Assembly (NCBI GenBank): GCA_977862235.1 | Contig: OZ374557.1 | Location: forward strand, 1,116,001 to 1,180,000 | DNA: 64,000 nucleotides | Direction: 5' to 3' | Source: Dudresnaya verticillata | Lineage: Eukaryota | Shown here: one piece after another, positions 36,101-47,654 of the stretch | Numbering within the stretch: position 1 is the first letter of the stretch | Layout of the letters: every line of letters begins with the position of its first letter | The notes under the pieces: generated by a model | What the model was told of the DNA's origin: nothing | Databases searched by the model: none | What the model saw: only the letters and a program-made list of their open reading frames with translations | Program-made: the position numbers and the translations under genes

Positions 36101-38917
36101 AGACAGGAATTTGTTTCCCTGGAAGAACCATGTACCGCCCGCAAATCGTCTTTGACCGCAAAGAGAGTCATCATTGCACGAAGAGATACCCAAAGTCTCA
36201 GGGCTTCAGTCCTGGTATTCTGACGGTGCAGTTCCTTTATGAGCATCCAAAATGCATTGGATACATTGTCATGAAACAGGCAGAGTCTACATCGCTTGCG
36301 ATATCTTCCGTCCTTTCCCACTTCAAAGTGCCTCCAAGAGTCATATACTATGACAATGGATGTAACATGTTCAACTCAGCACTCGTATGCGTTCCATGGC
36401 TTCTACATACCGCAAAGGTTGCAGTGGATAGATTCCACTACAAAGGGCATAAGTCCAGCCCATTTTTTGACGCTGACTACTACAGGTCAACAGTCAACGC
36501 AGCACGGCTGCGGAGTCTATCAACTCAAGACTAGAAAAGTCTATCCCTTTCCTACGCTTTCTGAAGGGGGAGCACCTCGTCCCATTTCTAACGACGAGGC
36601 GTGCGAACCTAAATCTATCTGCGAGCTTTCGACAGATTAACGGCCAGGCTGACTTGGAAGATAGGGACATGAAGCCGTTCTACAGAGAGCTCAGTCTCTG
36701 TGACTGCGCGAACTGCGAGAATCCGCAGGTAGCCCGCTATGATGTCGTGAAGGAAAATTTCGACTATTAGTAAGAAGCTGATGTTATTGCACAGCGATGC
36801 AGCGAGACCTATGATCTGCTGAGAATATGCATGCAGCCGGCCGAGCTTGGCGTATATACGCAATGACCCATTGAAATTTGTGGGAGTGTACGGACAGGAG
36901 GGAGAACTGACGTCTGTGGCAGACCTATTGACGTCTGTGGCAGGTTGTCTCAGCTCGGATATTGGATATTGGGAAACGGTATCTTTCTGTTCAGTGCGCC
37001 TTGATCAGCGTAGTCTTCATCGACTTGAGTTGGGTATAAATGATCTTCCTGATGCACTGGATGTCTGCGTAGACCACCTCACACATCCGTCACATTTTGG
37101 AAACGCTCACTCACTCTGCCAAGATAATCGATTGCGTGCGCCTGCTCTGGAAACAAACTCTTTCTATCACTAACATAACTTTAACCTTAAGAAACTTCTT
37201 TGCATTTCTCATGATGAGGTCTGAAGAGCGCCGTGCTGTTCGTGCCCGAACTGTCGAAGGGCTGAGTCTGCAGGCACTTGACCTGATCGACAAAAGAGCC
37301 GAAGCACAGGCCCAATAGAAGGGGGGAAGGTTTCATCTCATTCAAGAAATCGACCGAACAGGACCAAGTGGATCTTCTGGTGAGCATTCTGGTCAAATCA
37401 GAGTGCTCTACTCAGACACAATTGACTTCTCACGACCACACTGCCAAAGACTGACAGCAAACTTTGTCAATGACATTCTTCTGTTCAGTCTGGCGACTAA
37501 AGGTGTCGGAGGGGCTGCTCAAGACCGCGCAGAGATTGACGAGGATCCAATCAAGGCTGCATTCAGATGCGCATAGCCTTTGGAATGGTTTCCAGGAGAA
37601 ATATATTCCCTATCATCAACCACCCAGACTGCAAGTGTGCATGTCCCCTTGCAGCATTTCAATAAGTTCAAGAGCCTTGAATATGAACATTTGTACAACT
37701 TGTACAAGGGGTTCATTTATGGATCCATCTCTTATATGAAGAGCTTACCTCAGCACAAAGGCGAAAAGTTTAGATCCCCGTTTGCTGCCATGCCTCCACC
37801 ATGGATGAGGGAGCGCATATGCTGCGGGACGGAGAATATTCGTAGCGAAAAGTCTACAATTCCGCCGATGAGACGAATGAGAAACATTAGAAGCTCTCGA
37901 AGTCTGATGGCTGCCATTGTGACAGCGTTCTACCATCACGAGTTTTGCTATGCTAAACAAATACTAGATGTTATGGTGAATCATCCAGAGAAGCTTCAGG
38001 GAGATTTATCCGACCTCTTCACAGATTGCGGTGCCGAACAGGAAGGCAACAGAAGCCGGGTTGGGAGTCAAGAAAGGATAACTGGTACGCCAAGTCCAAG
38101 TACGTGCGCACCAAGGGCAAGCGACCTCACAATTGAGGAATTGACTCCTGTGCCGCAAACGCCTACGGATATGGCCCCCGCTTCCCCATTACCACCTGCA
38201 GAGAGTCAGTGTGGTGAAGTGAGCCGTGGCGCGCATGCCGCACGCCGACAGCGAGCCAACCGTAACGGGTGATGTGGCAATACGCCACGCTGATGATCTG
38301 GCAACGTGTAGCCGTGTCGGTTGTGTGTGCGCATTGCTGTACGCTGGTGCGCATTGCTGTACAGCAGTGTAGCGCACCAACCATATCGGAGTATTTGTAG
38401 TATTTAATCTCTATTTTTAGTGAGTCTGTGTACAGTGTGTAGGGTAGCGCGCCAGCCAATGAGAATGCTGCGCATGTCCGTGTCGGAGATTGGGACCAGC
38501 AGGGCCGATTCCACCATAGGACCAGACCACTAGGGTCTGGCCCGCACGGACCGGACTGCTCGGGGCCACCCTGACTTGTATATCAGGGCAGCACCGCAGC
38601 GGCTCCTACGGTAAGCGGGTAAGCAACCTTAGCCCAATCTTTTACGGTTTTCCCCGCGCCGAGCCCGTTGCGGTCTACCACCACCACCGTTACGGAGTCC
38701 GTCCCGGCACTTGTACCACCCCCTTGTCTGTTGTTTCCCAATATCCGTATCGGTTAGCCGCTCGCTGTTCTACCGTTTCGGTGCGAACTGCTCTACCACG
38801 CCGTAGAGGTAGTGTTGCTCTCGTCCGTTAAGGAAAGTCAGACCAGCTGTCCGTCTCGGAGTTCGTGGGTTTTCACACCACAGTCAGAATGAATCACAAG
38901 TTGAATCTGTAGTATAG
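33153..38917 (+). mobile_element. Decayed KDZ-superfamily (HMGXB3/CxC4-like) transposase gene: SWIM finger, CxC domain, KDZ core, unknown C-terminal region
   Basis: SWIM CSC...CEH (~33850-33890); CSQC...ATLFTL...CICG..FPYTG; FSCSKC...DGTSAG; CTKRYP...PGILTV...HPKCIG...AES...PRVIYYDNGC...VDRFHYKGH...AESINS. The last ORF resumes in frame after the solo LTR and stops at 38915-38917. Whether 36850-38917 is the same gene is uncertain. Confidence 0.85.
38210..38882 (+). repeat. Solo LTR with 5-bp TSD
   Basis: TGTGGTG...CACCACA flanked by GTCAG at 38205-38209 and 38883-38887; second copy at 14233-14926. Confidence 0.95.
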
Positions 38918-39048
38918 CTGTCAGCACACTATCAGCAGCGGCTGTAAGGTATGCTGGCAGCGCCGCACTGTAATGGTGCACACGATGACGCCCGCTGGCG
39001 AGTCGTGGTTGGGCAGCGTGCCCTTAGTTTTTTCGTTGAATTAGTAGC

Positions 39049-39696
39049 TGTGGTGCAACTCACCTGTGCTCATTTCCCTCAAACCGCGGATTCACCGCCA
39101 GCAATGATACTGGGGAAATGCCTCTGTAAGGCACCCGGCCTGACAGTACGCGGCGCCCTCTGCCAGCACGGATGGCCCCGCAACGCGACAGCGCGTACAC
39201 GTGCACACGTGCGCCCCCTTGGCGCGCACCTTTCAGCCGCACTACCGCTAGGCTGACAGTTGATATTTTTAGATAATTATAGAATTGCGCGCGCCACGTA
39301 ATGCCAAGTGGCGCGCCCCCTTCCCTTACTTTAACCCGCCACCAAGGCGCACCCGCCTCCTACATAGTATATTGAGGCCCAGAGGTGCGCCCTCATACAG
39401 TAAACGGCTAAGCTTGGGCCCAGCGAGACGTACCCTCCCACCCTACCGACTCCCTCTCTAGGCTGGACTCCAGTACATCCGCTACCCTTCTTCATCGTAC
39501 AGAATCCTGTTTTTCTCTTATTTCTCCTTTGTTTTCTCTTCCTTTCTAGGGTAACCCCCTTTCTCGGCCTTGTGGTGTTTTACAGTCGCACTACGGGGCT
39601 ACTCCCCTGCTCTACCGCTACTACCTCACCTGCTACCGCCAGGCCCCCGAACCGCCTGAGGTGCACCCTCAATTCTACCGAGTGGATTGCACCACA
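39049..39696 (+). repeat. 5' LTR
   Basis: Near-identical to 50141-50758 apart from a few substitutions and short indels. Confidence 0.97.
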
Positions 39697-39698
39697 TT

Positions 39699-39710
39699 TG
39701 GTCTCCCGAC
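39699..39710 (+). promoter_or_regulatory. Primer binding site (possibly tRNA-Tyr)
   Basis: TGGTCTCCCG 2 nt after the LTR; complementary to a tRNA ending ...CGGGAGACCA (as recalled for yeast tRNA-Tyr; identity tentative). Confidence 0.7.
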
Positions 39711-39801
39711 CTAGAAGTTCGGAAACTCCGATTGACTACGTTACCTACGTTACGGAACTCCCGTTCTTCTAGTTCAAACCTTTAAGTCGCAGTTATCTGC
39801 C

Positions 39802-42199
39802 ATGCCCACCCGTCGACAGCCGTCATCGGCAAGGTCTGTACCAACGCAGACTGCTGCCAATATGGTGACGCGTGCACGTGCGCAGGCAAGTCCTGCGGTC
39901 CAAACCGCTTTTTCGGCAATACCCAATGAGGGGGTTCCTCGCATTCCCCCCTCGGTGGAGATCGTACCTCCTGCCCCAGCCGGGACTCTCCCGACTGGGC
40001 AAGACCAAGGCGAGCAGCCGGCACCTCCGCCGCCGCTGCCCAATCCTCCGCCGCCGATTTCGGCATCACTCCCGCCTCCGGTGGAGTCACCCACAATCCA
40101 AGAGGAAGCACCTCGTGTTGCCTTCATACACGGGACAACTATTCCCCGGAGTGCAATTCAAGAGGTTTGCCTCATGGAAGACCAGGCTTTTGCCGCCCGG
40201 CTGTCGCGTCAGGTAACGGACAGCCTGGCTTTGGTCAACCAACGTATCAACGAGGTTAGTACTCGAATTGACCTCGTCCTGGAGAATCCTCCACAGAACC
40301 ACCCGGACCTCGCCGTCGAGGTCCGCACACTTCGAGGAGACGTTAACCGCCTCCTCGAACCTACGGGGCTGCTCCCGCAAGGGGAACCCGTCCGAATCCC
40401 CCAAGCCTACCCGCGGAACTTCCGCTCGATGACCGCATTACGCGGGTTGCCGACCGCTTGGAGCGACTAGAGGGCATATGCCTCAACGAGCGCGAACCGC
40501 CCCTGCCTCCCGATGGCGGAGGCGCGAACAGAAGACAAGTCGAGTTCGACAGTCACGCTCGACATGGGGACACTTACCCCAAGGACAGTTGCCCTTACGG
40601 GTGTACGGACCACCCTCATGATGACGACTACCGTCAAGACCACCGTGAATCACGACGCCAAAACCGTCATCGTACCTCAACGCGGAATACCCGCAGTCGC
40701 CGTCACCATCGTCACGGCTACGGAAGTTCCTCCAGGTCGGCTTCCGACAATTCGGACTCAGACCGCTCCGACGGAGAAGTTTGGGGAAATCCCCGTCGCG
40801 ATGATGGTACACGACACAAGGGGCCGCGGTATAAGCACCCTAAGGAGCTGAAACCGACAAACCCCTTGTACGACCAATTGCTATCATATCGCCATTGTCG
40901 ATTGCAAAACACGGAACAATCCCGTACAAGCCGACAGACCGGCAAGATCAAGGACCATATCAAAAGAGTGGAGTTGACAATGAAGGATTGTTCCTTTAAT
41001 GGGGAAGACCCGTGCTAATTTTGGAGTTTCTCTCCAGGCTAGTCGACGAAGCCGACACTCTCGACATGTCGGAAGCGCAGGCGTTTATCGCCTTGCCATA
41101 CTTCCTACGCGGAAACGCCGCTACGCAATTCCGCTCCGTGAAGGCCGCTCCGTCCCTTTCTAATGGAGGAGTATCCTCATGGTCCGAAGCTGTGCAGTAT
41201 CTTCTGCGGACCTACGCGACACCGAGCGCGCTACGTGAGGCAATCCTCGAGCTCCGCGCTCTCCGGCAGAACACGGGCGAATCGGAAACACGCTTCGGGA
41301 TGCGAGTCTCGAAAGCGTGTAACCGATGTGGCAACGTCCACAAGGCATGGGAGAAGATGACATACTTCATTGACGGCCTTGACCCGAGCATCCGCTCGCT
41401 GGTCGCCCGTTATCGAGAGGAAACTCCTCGTCACGAATTGTCGTTTGAACGACTATTGCATTACGCACAAGACGAAGGTGAAGCTCACCGTGGAAGAAAT
41501 CGCGCACCACGCGCCGGACAAGACCAACTCGCGGGCCGCACCGCAACTACAGGAGGACGTCGTCCAGAGCGCGGAAATTCCGCTATGATGGCCGAGTCGT
41601 CGATTGAGTTTCGAGACGGAAGTGGAGTTCCACGCAGGCAGGTGGGCGAGCAGGATGCCGAGGTACACCTTTTGTACCCGGACGCGGCACTGCTGTCGTC
41701 CGACCCACCTACCGACTCACAAGTAGAATCCTACGGAAGCGAAGATAATGCGCTTCTCATACGCTCTCGTCAAGTCCCGGCCCCGCGCGTCCCATACCAG
41801 GAGCATTCGCCTGGGATGACGCGCGCACGGTCGGGCTGGCAAGATAGGGGAAATCCCCAAAGAAACTTCGGTCCCAAGCAGACAATCATCTGTCACATTT
41901 GCTACAAGCCTGGGCATGTTTCCCCCGAGTGCTTCTTAGCATGGAAGGACTACCTGAGGATTATCCTCAATTACGAATCTCTCAGTGCGGTCGACCGCGA
42001 GCGTGTGCCGGCTACGTCCTACATGAAGGCGAAAGCACAGGCACAATACGATGAGGCAAGTCCTCAAGGTCGACCCCAGGGACCGCCCAATGTGGTACCC
42101 CACACTAGCGAACGCCACCCTCAGGCGTTCGCGCCCGCTGGACAGTCCCCTTCGAATGGGCGCGACGGACGAGCGGACATCCGCAATTCGGAAAACTAG
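39802..42199 (+). pseudogene. gag: gag (frameshifted) with CX2CX4HX4C knuckle
   Basis: Three overlapping ORFs; FNGEDP/LILEFL, RQNTGES, FIDGL, CHICYKPGHVSPEC. Confidence 0.9.
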
Positions 42200-45100
42200 T
42201 CGGGGTCACACCCCCTTTGACTGGGGAACTTCAATTGGAACCCTTTCCGATCGAAGCTCAAGGGTCACGATCCGACAAGCAGGAGGATATAATTCCAAAG
42301 ACTATACTGCAGAACCCTGCAAGGACTAGACGGACCTCGACCTCGCCACCAATGGCGGGATTACGCAGGCCCTGGCACCGGTACCGTCCACCGCATGCAC
42401 AAGGCGAATTGCTGATAGCGGCAAAGCGCAACTTTAAAGTATACGCAGATACGGGTTTACACCCAAGCTACCTATCTCGTAAACGTACTGTGCTAGATAC
42501 CGGTGCCGGTCCCAACTTTATCAGAAAATCTGAACTACCACCTCAAGCGGAGTCCCGCATTCGAGAAGGGGACATCCCCACCATCAGCGACGCCAACAAT
42601 CGGCCGTTGCAAACATCCGGCGTTATCGCCTTGGTCGTGCGGCTGGGCGACCGTATTGTCAAGCTTGACGTTATTTTCTGCGAGAGACTCGCCGCCCCGG
42701 TCATCCTCGGATGTGACTTCTGCGACCGGTTCGTAGAAGCCATCTATCCGAGGAGCCGTGAAGTCGAACTCGACAACGGGACTCGCGTGCCGATTACGCG
42801 GCGACCATTGATTCGACCGCCCACGGCTCCACCACTACCTGATGATCAGGAGTATGAGCCACTACGAGGCCACACCTCAACGAAAATACGCGTAGCGGGA
42901 CGAACCGTAATCCCAGCCCAAACGCAAAAGTGGGTATCAGTAACCACAGAACGCGCGGGGCTGATTTGCCTTCAACCCTACGACAAGCCGTATCATCGGC
43001 AGGGAATTATCGCAACGAATGGAATAGCCCATGTTGAACCTAAGCGGCCGTTCCGCATTCTAGTCGCGAACTTCACTTCGCACGACCAAGTTCTTCCTAA
43101 GAACCAGGTCGTCGCTACCGCCCTCCCGCACCCCACCGCCGTGGTGCCCAGTCCCATCCGGCTGGCGGACGTGCTTGGGTTGGCTGACTTAGCGGACGAT
43201 ACCGCAACAAAAACCCAACGACTGGGAAGACTGTCGAATACGACAAACAAAGGTGACGCTCACGCGAAGACCCTTGAAGTTGAAAACGAACCTCCACCTT
43301 CGGTGGACGACGTGGATTTGTCCCACTTGACGGAGAATCACGCCGAGCGCGTGCGGGATTTACTTGGTAGGTTTTCTACAATGTGGGATAGTTCACTAGG
43401 TGAAATCACCACTACGGAACATTACATCGATATGATTCCGGGTACGAGGCCATTCTCGTGCCCACCCTATCGGGCGGGTCCGAAGCAACGCCAAGTGGAA
43501 CAAGCGGAAGTTGACCGCATGCTACGAGCTGGCGTTATAGAACTGGCACAATCTCCCTGGGCGTCTCCAGTTGTTTTGGTGCCTAAAAAGGACGGTACCT
43601 TACGATTCTGTGTGGACTATCGACGTTTAAATGCCGCAACCGTTCGGGATACATACCCGTTACCTCGCATCGATGAATGCATCGATTCCCTCGGCGAAGC
43701 AAACGTCTTCACTACGCTCGATTGCAACTCGGGGTATTGGCAAATCCCCATCAACGGTCGCGATCGTGACAAAACCACGTTTACATGCCATGCGGGAACC
43801 TTCCGCTACAAAAGAATGCCATTTGGCCTTACCAATGCACCCGCTACCTTCCAGCGGACCCTGGATATCCTGCTCTCATGTTTCAAGTGGCAGACATGCC
43901 TCGTTTACTTGGACGATGTAATCATCTACTCCAAGGACGTGGAATCCCACTTTAAACACGTCGAGCAGATCCTGACTGCATTGGACCAAGCCGGGGTTAC
44001 CCTCAAACTCAAGAAATGTGACTTATTCACAAACACCGTCAACTACCTGGGCCATATCATCCGCCCCGGTGAACTGCGGGTCGACCCAACGGTCACGGCG
44101 GCACTCCGCAAAGAAAAACACCCACGCACGCAAACGGAATTGAGGTCTTTCCTCGGACTGTGTAACGTATATAGGAGGTTTGTCCCCAATTACTCTCACG
44201 TGGCAGGAGCACTGAACCGGCTCCTCAAAAAGGATCACCCGGACAATATTGAGTCGCTCGACGACAAACAAGAGGCTGCGTTCCAGACGCTGATCACAGC
44301 TGTCACGGAACCACCCGTACTATCTCTGCCAAAACCTGGCTTGCCCTATTCTGTCGATACCGACGCGTCAAACTACCAGGTCGGTTGCGCCTTATTCCAA
44401 ACGCACGCCGACGGTACGCGCAAACCCCTCGGGTACTGGTCCCGTTCTCTACAAGCAGCCGAAAAGAATTACCCGGTTTCCGAGAAGGAGTGTTTGGCAC
44501 TGGTGTGGGCTGTCACCACTTTACGACCCTACCTACAAATGGAAAAGTTTACCATACACACCGATCACTCCTCTCTTCGTTGGCTAATGGAGATTAACGA
44601 TCCCTCCGGGCGCCTAATGCGCTGGCGCCTACGTATGTCGGAATTTGCCTTTGACGTCCGCTACAAGAAGGGACGCATTAACACCCAAGCGGACGCCCTT
44701 TCGCGTCTTCAAACGCTTGGCGAAACCCAAGTCGATATCGACGACGAAATTCCGTGTTTCCACGTTGAGGCGGACGCTCCGTCAACCTGCGCCGTTTGCG
44801 ATAAGGAGGAATTCCTCGAATTGGACGACGAAGTCTCCGATCGCCTCCTCCTGGCGAATCCGCCTTCAACACAACCCGACCTCTTGCGCCCAATCACGAC
44901 GGAAGAACTTCTTCAAACGCAACTAGCAGATGCTTTCTGCACCTCGCTGCGTTCTCGCCTTAACGGGGGGAGGGGTTACCTTTCGCGCTGGACGAGACAG
45001 GAGTCCTCATTCGCACTCGAGAGGCACTTCCTCAAATTGTGATGCCCTTTACTCTTCGCGCACGTGTGCTACACCTGGCACACTTCCCGAAACTATCCGG

Positions 45101-47654
45101 ACATCCCGGTGGTCGCAAGATGTATTACTCACTCCGTAGATCATTCTACTGGCCTTCCATGGCTGTGGACTGTTACGCCACCGTAAGAAACTGCACAACG
45201 TGTGCACGCAATCGCGTTATGCTACGCCGTAATACCAAGCATATGAAGCTGTTTCCAGCAAAATCACCCCTGGAGTTTGTCTCCATTGACATCTATGGCG
45301 AACTGATTCGCACGAAACGAGGCAATCGATTCCTCTTGGTCATCACAGACCGTTTCTCCAAACTCGTTCGGACAGTTCCGATGAAAAAGATTACGGCTGC
45401 GAAAGTTGCCGAAGCGTTCATTACGCATTGGGTCTACGTCTACGGACCCCCGTTGTACCTACTATCGGATAATGGCGGACAATTTGCCGCAAAGTTGTTT
45501 CAGTCGTTATGTGGAACTTTGGGGATCAAAAACCTCTTTACTACAACCTATCACCCCCAATGCAATGGGCAGGTTGAGCGGTTCAACCGCACAATGCGCG
45601 CCGCGCTACTGCACTACGTTGCGGACCATCCGCGTGAATGGGATTTATTCTCAGATGCCATCACCTACGCGTACAATACGCAAGTTCATTCTACCACGAA
45701 CCTGGCCCCCTTTCAACTGGTACTTTCCAGACCTCCACCCGCTCTAAGCGTCGAGGCACACCCCTCACTGGAACCAGTGCCGAGTTCGGCTACATTCCAC
45801 GCCAAATGGCAGTCCTGGCTCACAGGACTACTGTCAACTGCCACCGAAGGCGTTGAACAGACACAAGCGCGATACAGACGCAATTTCGATAACAGGGTAC
45901 GTCCCTCACGCGACGTCATCGGAGTAGACTCCTACGTCTACGTACGCAAGGAGTACTATGGGAAGGATACCCCAAAACACAAACTGGGGCCTATCGCCGA
46001 CGGCCCCTATCGCGTGAGTGACGCAAATGATAAGACGGTCACCGTCGAGAAGGACGGGCCTGAATACGAGCGGATTTCCCGCCACAGAGTCGTGTTGGCG
46101 CCCGCCCCACCAAGGGACGCGACCAACCAAGCCAACGCCGAAGGGACGGCAGACCCGATAGATGCGGAATTACCGCCAACAAATGATCCCTACAATGATC
46201 ATACTCAGACACAGTACCCAGTCGAAGCTACTGTGTCTCACGGGGAAAATGCCCCAATTACTTTTCATGCTGTGGCACCAGCCATACAGCCACGCAACGA
46301 TCGCGGGTTGGCGGATTTACCGCCGCCCGTAGTACCCGGACGCACCGCTGGCGTCCGCACGCGGACTACCGCAACTCACTCACCACCCACCACACGCGCT
46401 GACGCCGCCGTTCCCACTCCAACTCCTGCTCACGCAAGTTCGGAGCCGGAATCCAGGACAGCGAACGGCGCCTGCGCAAATGGGCACCCCATCGCGGATT
46501 AACCGCACGCTGTCTCAGAAGGCACCAAGGCCGTCAACGGTACAATAGAGGGAATTCCTCATGATACCTCACCAAAGGCACCAGCGATATCGCCCGACGA
46601 CCCCCACTCGGAGGAAACTCCTCGTCAACGGCAACTCGCGCAGAATACCGGTATAATCGCCTCCCAGGAGAATACTCCACAAGACGCAGTAACGCGGGAT
46701 ATACCCCGCAAAGGCTCGCCTATTCGTCGGATAACGGAAGACCTCGAGCCACACAGATCCGGGACACTACACGCCCATCGCCTAACACCTCCCGCAAACC
46801 CGAAGCCGGGATCTGAGCCAGCAAACGAAGCCCTCGTCGATGGGCACCCCATTGCGGATCAACCGCACTCCGCTTCGGCAAGTGCAAAGGCCGTCAACGG
46901 TACAGTAGGGGAGGAAATGCCTCGTCAGCAGCAATCTGCGCCCAACACCGGCACAACTGCCGCCCCGGGAAATATTACTCAAGGGGAGCCCCTCTCACAA
47001 TGAACGAGAACTACCCTTGATAATGTGGACATTCCACAAGGAGCAACAAAGCCGGGGCCCCCTAGTCAGGTCGAAACCCGACGCGTTGATGGTAAGGATC
47101 ACGCCCTCAAAAGCGCGACACGCGATGTGTCGCCAGGCGCATTGAGAACGCAAGATCATCCCAAGGAGAATTCTCCACACCCATCAGGAAAGAGCGTCAC
47201 ATTTGACGACAGCATTAGGGAAATCCCTACGCGGCCTCTCGTGAGCCAGAACCTCGGACCAGAAGCGGCAGACCGCAATCAAGAAGCAACCGCGACCATT
47301 GGCGCGCCAAGCCCCAGACGGAGTCGTCGTATTGCTGCCGTCGCGCCACGAGTGTCGGAAACGGACAATCGGCAAGAGGATCCACCTCAAGCACAGACGC
47401 CTGATGACAACCTGTCATCAAGGCATCGACACAATGCAGACACTCCGCAACGTGACGAGTATGTCATCGAAAAAGTGGTGAACCACAGATACGTTAATAC
47501 AGAGTTGCTGTTTGAAGTCAAATGGTACGGCTATCCGTCGTCGCAAAATACATGGGAACCCATTCAACACTTACCGCGGAGCCAAATCGTCTCCTATTGC
47601 AAAAGAAAGCGTCTCGGGATCCCCACTACCATTCGGAAAGCAATGGTGGGCTAA
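42190..47654 (+). pseudogene. pol: pol: protease, RT, RNase H, integrase, long linker, chromodomain
   Basis: LDTGAG; SPWASPVVLVPKKDG, MPFGL, YLDD; TDAS, EKECLA, ADALSR; H...GHPG...CTTC, SDNG, NGQVERFN, GPY; EYVIEKVVNH...VKWYGYPSSQNTWEP. Frameshift at ~44970 and stop at 46500. Confidence 0.96.

Noticed and set aside
36847..38209. TET/JBP dioxygenase or Ulp1 protease associated with KDZ
   Set aside because: No HxD...H...RxS or His-Asp-Cys motif context recognisable.
14233..38882. 680-bp inverted repeats as TIRs of a 24-kb giant transposon enclosing Helitron and KDZ
   Set aside because: The right copy has its own TG...CA ends and GTCAG TSD and interrupts an ORF; these are independent solo LTRs.
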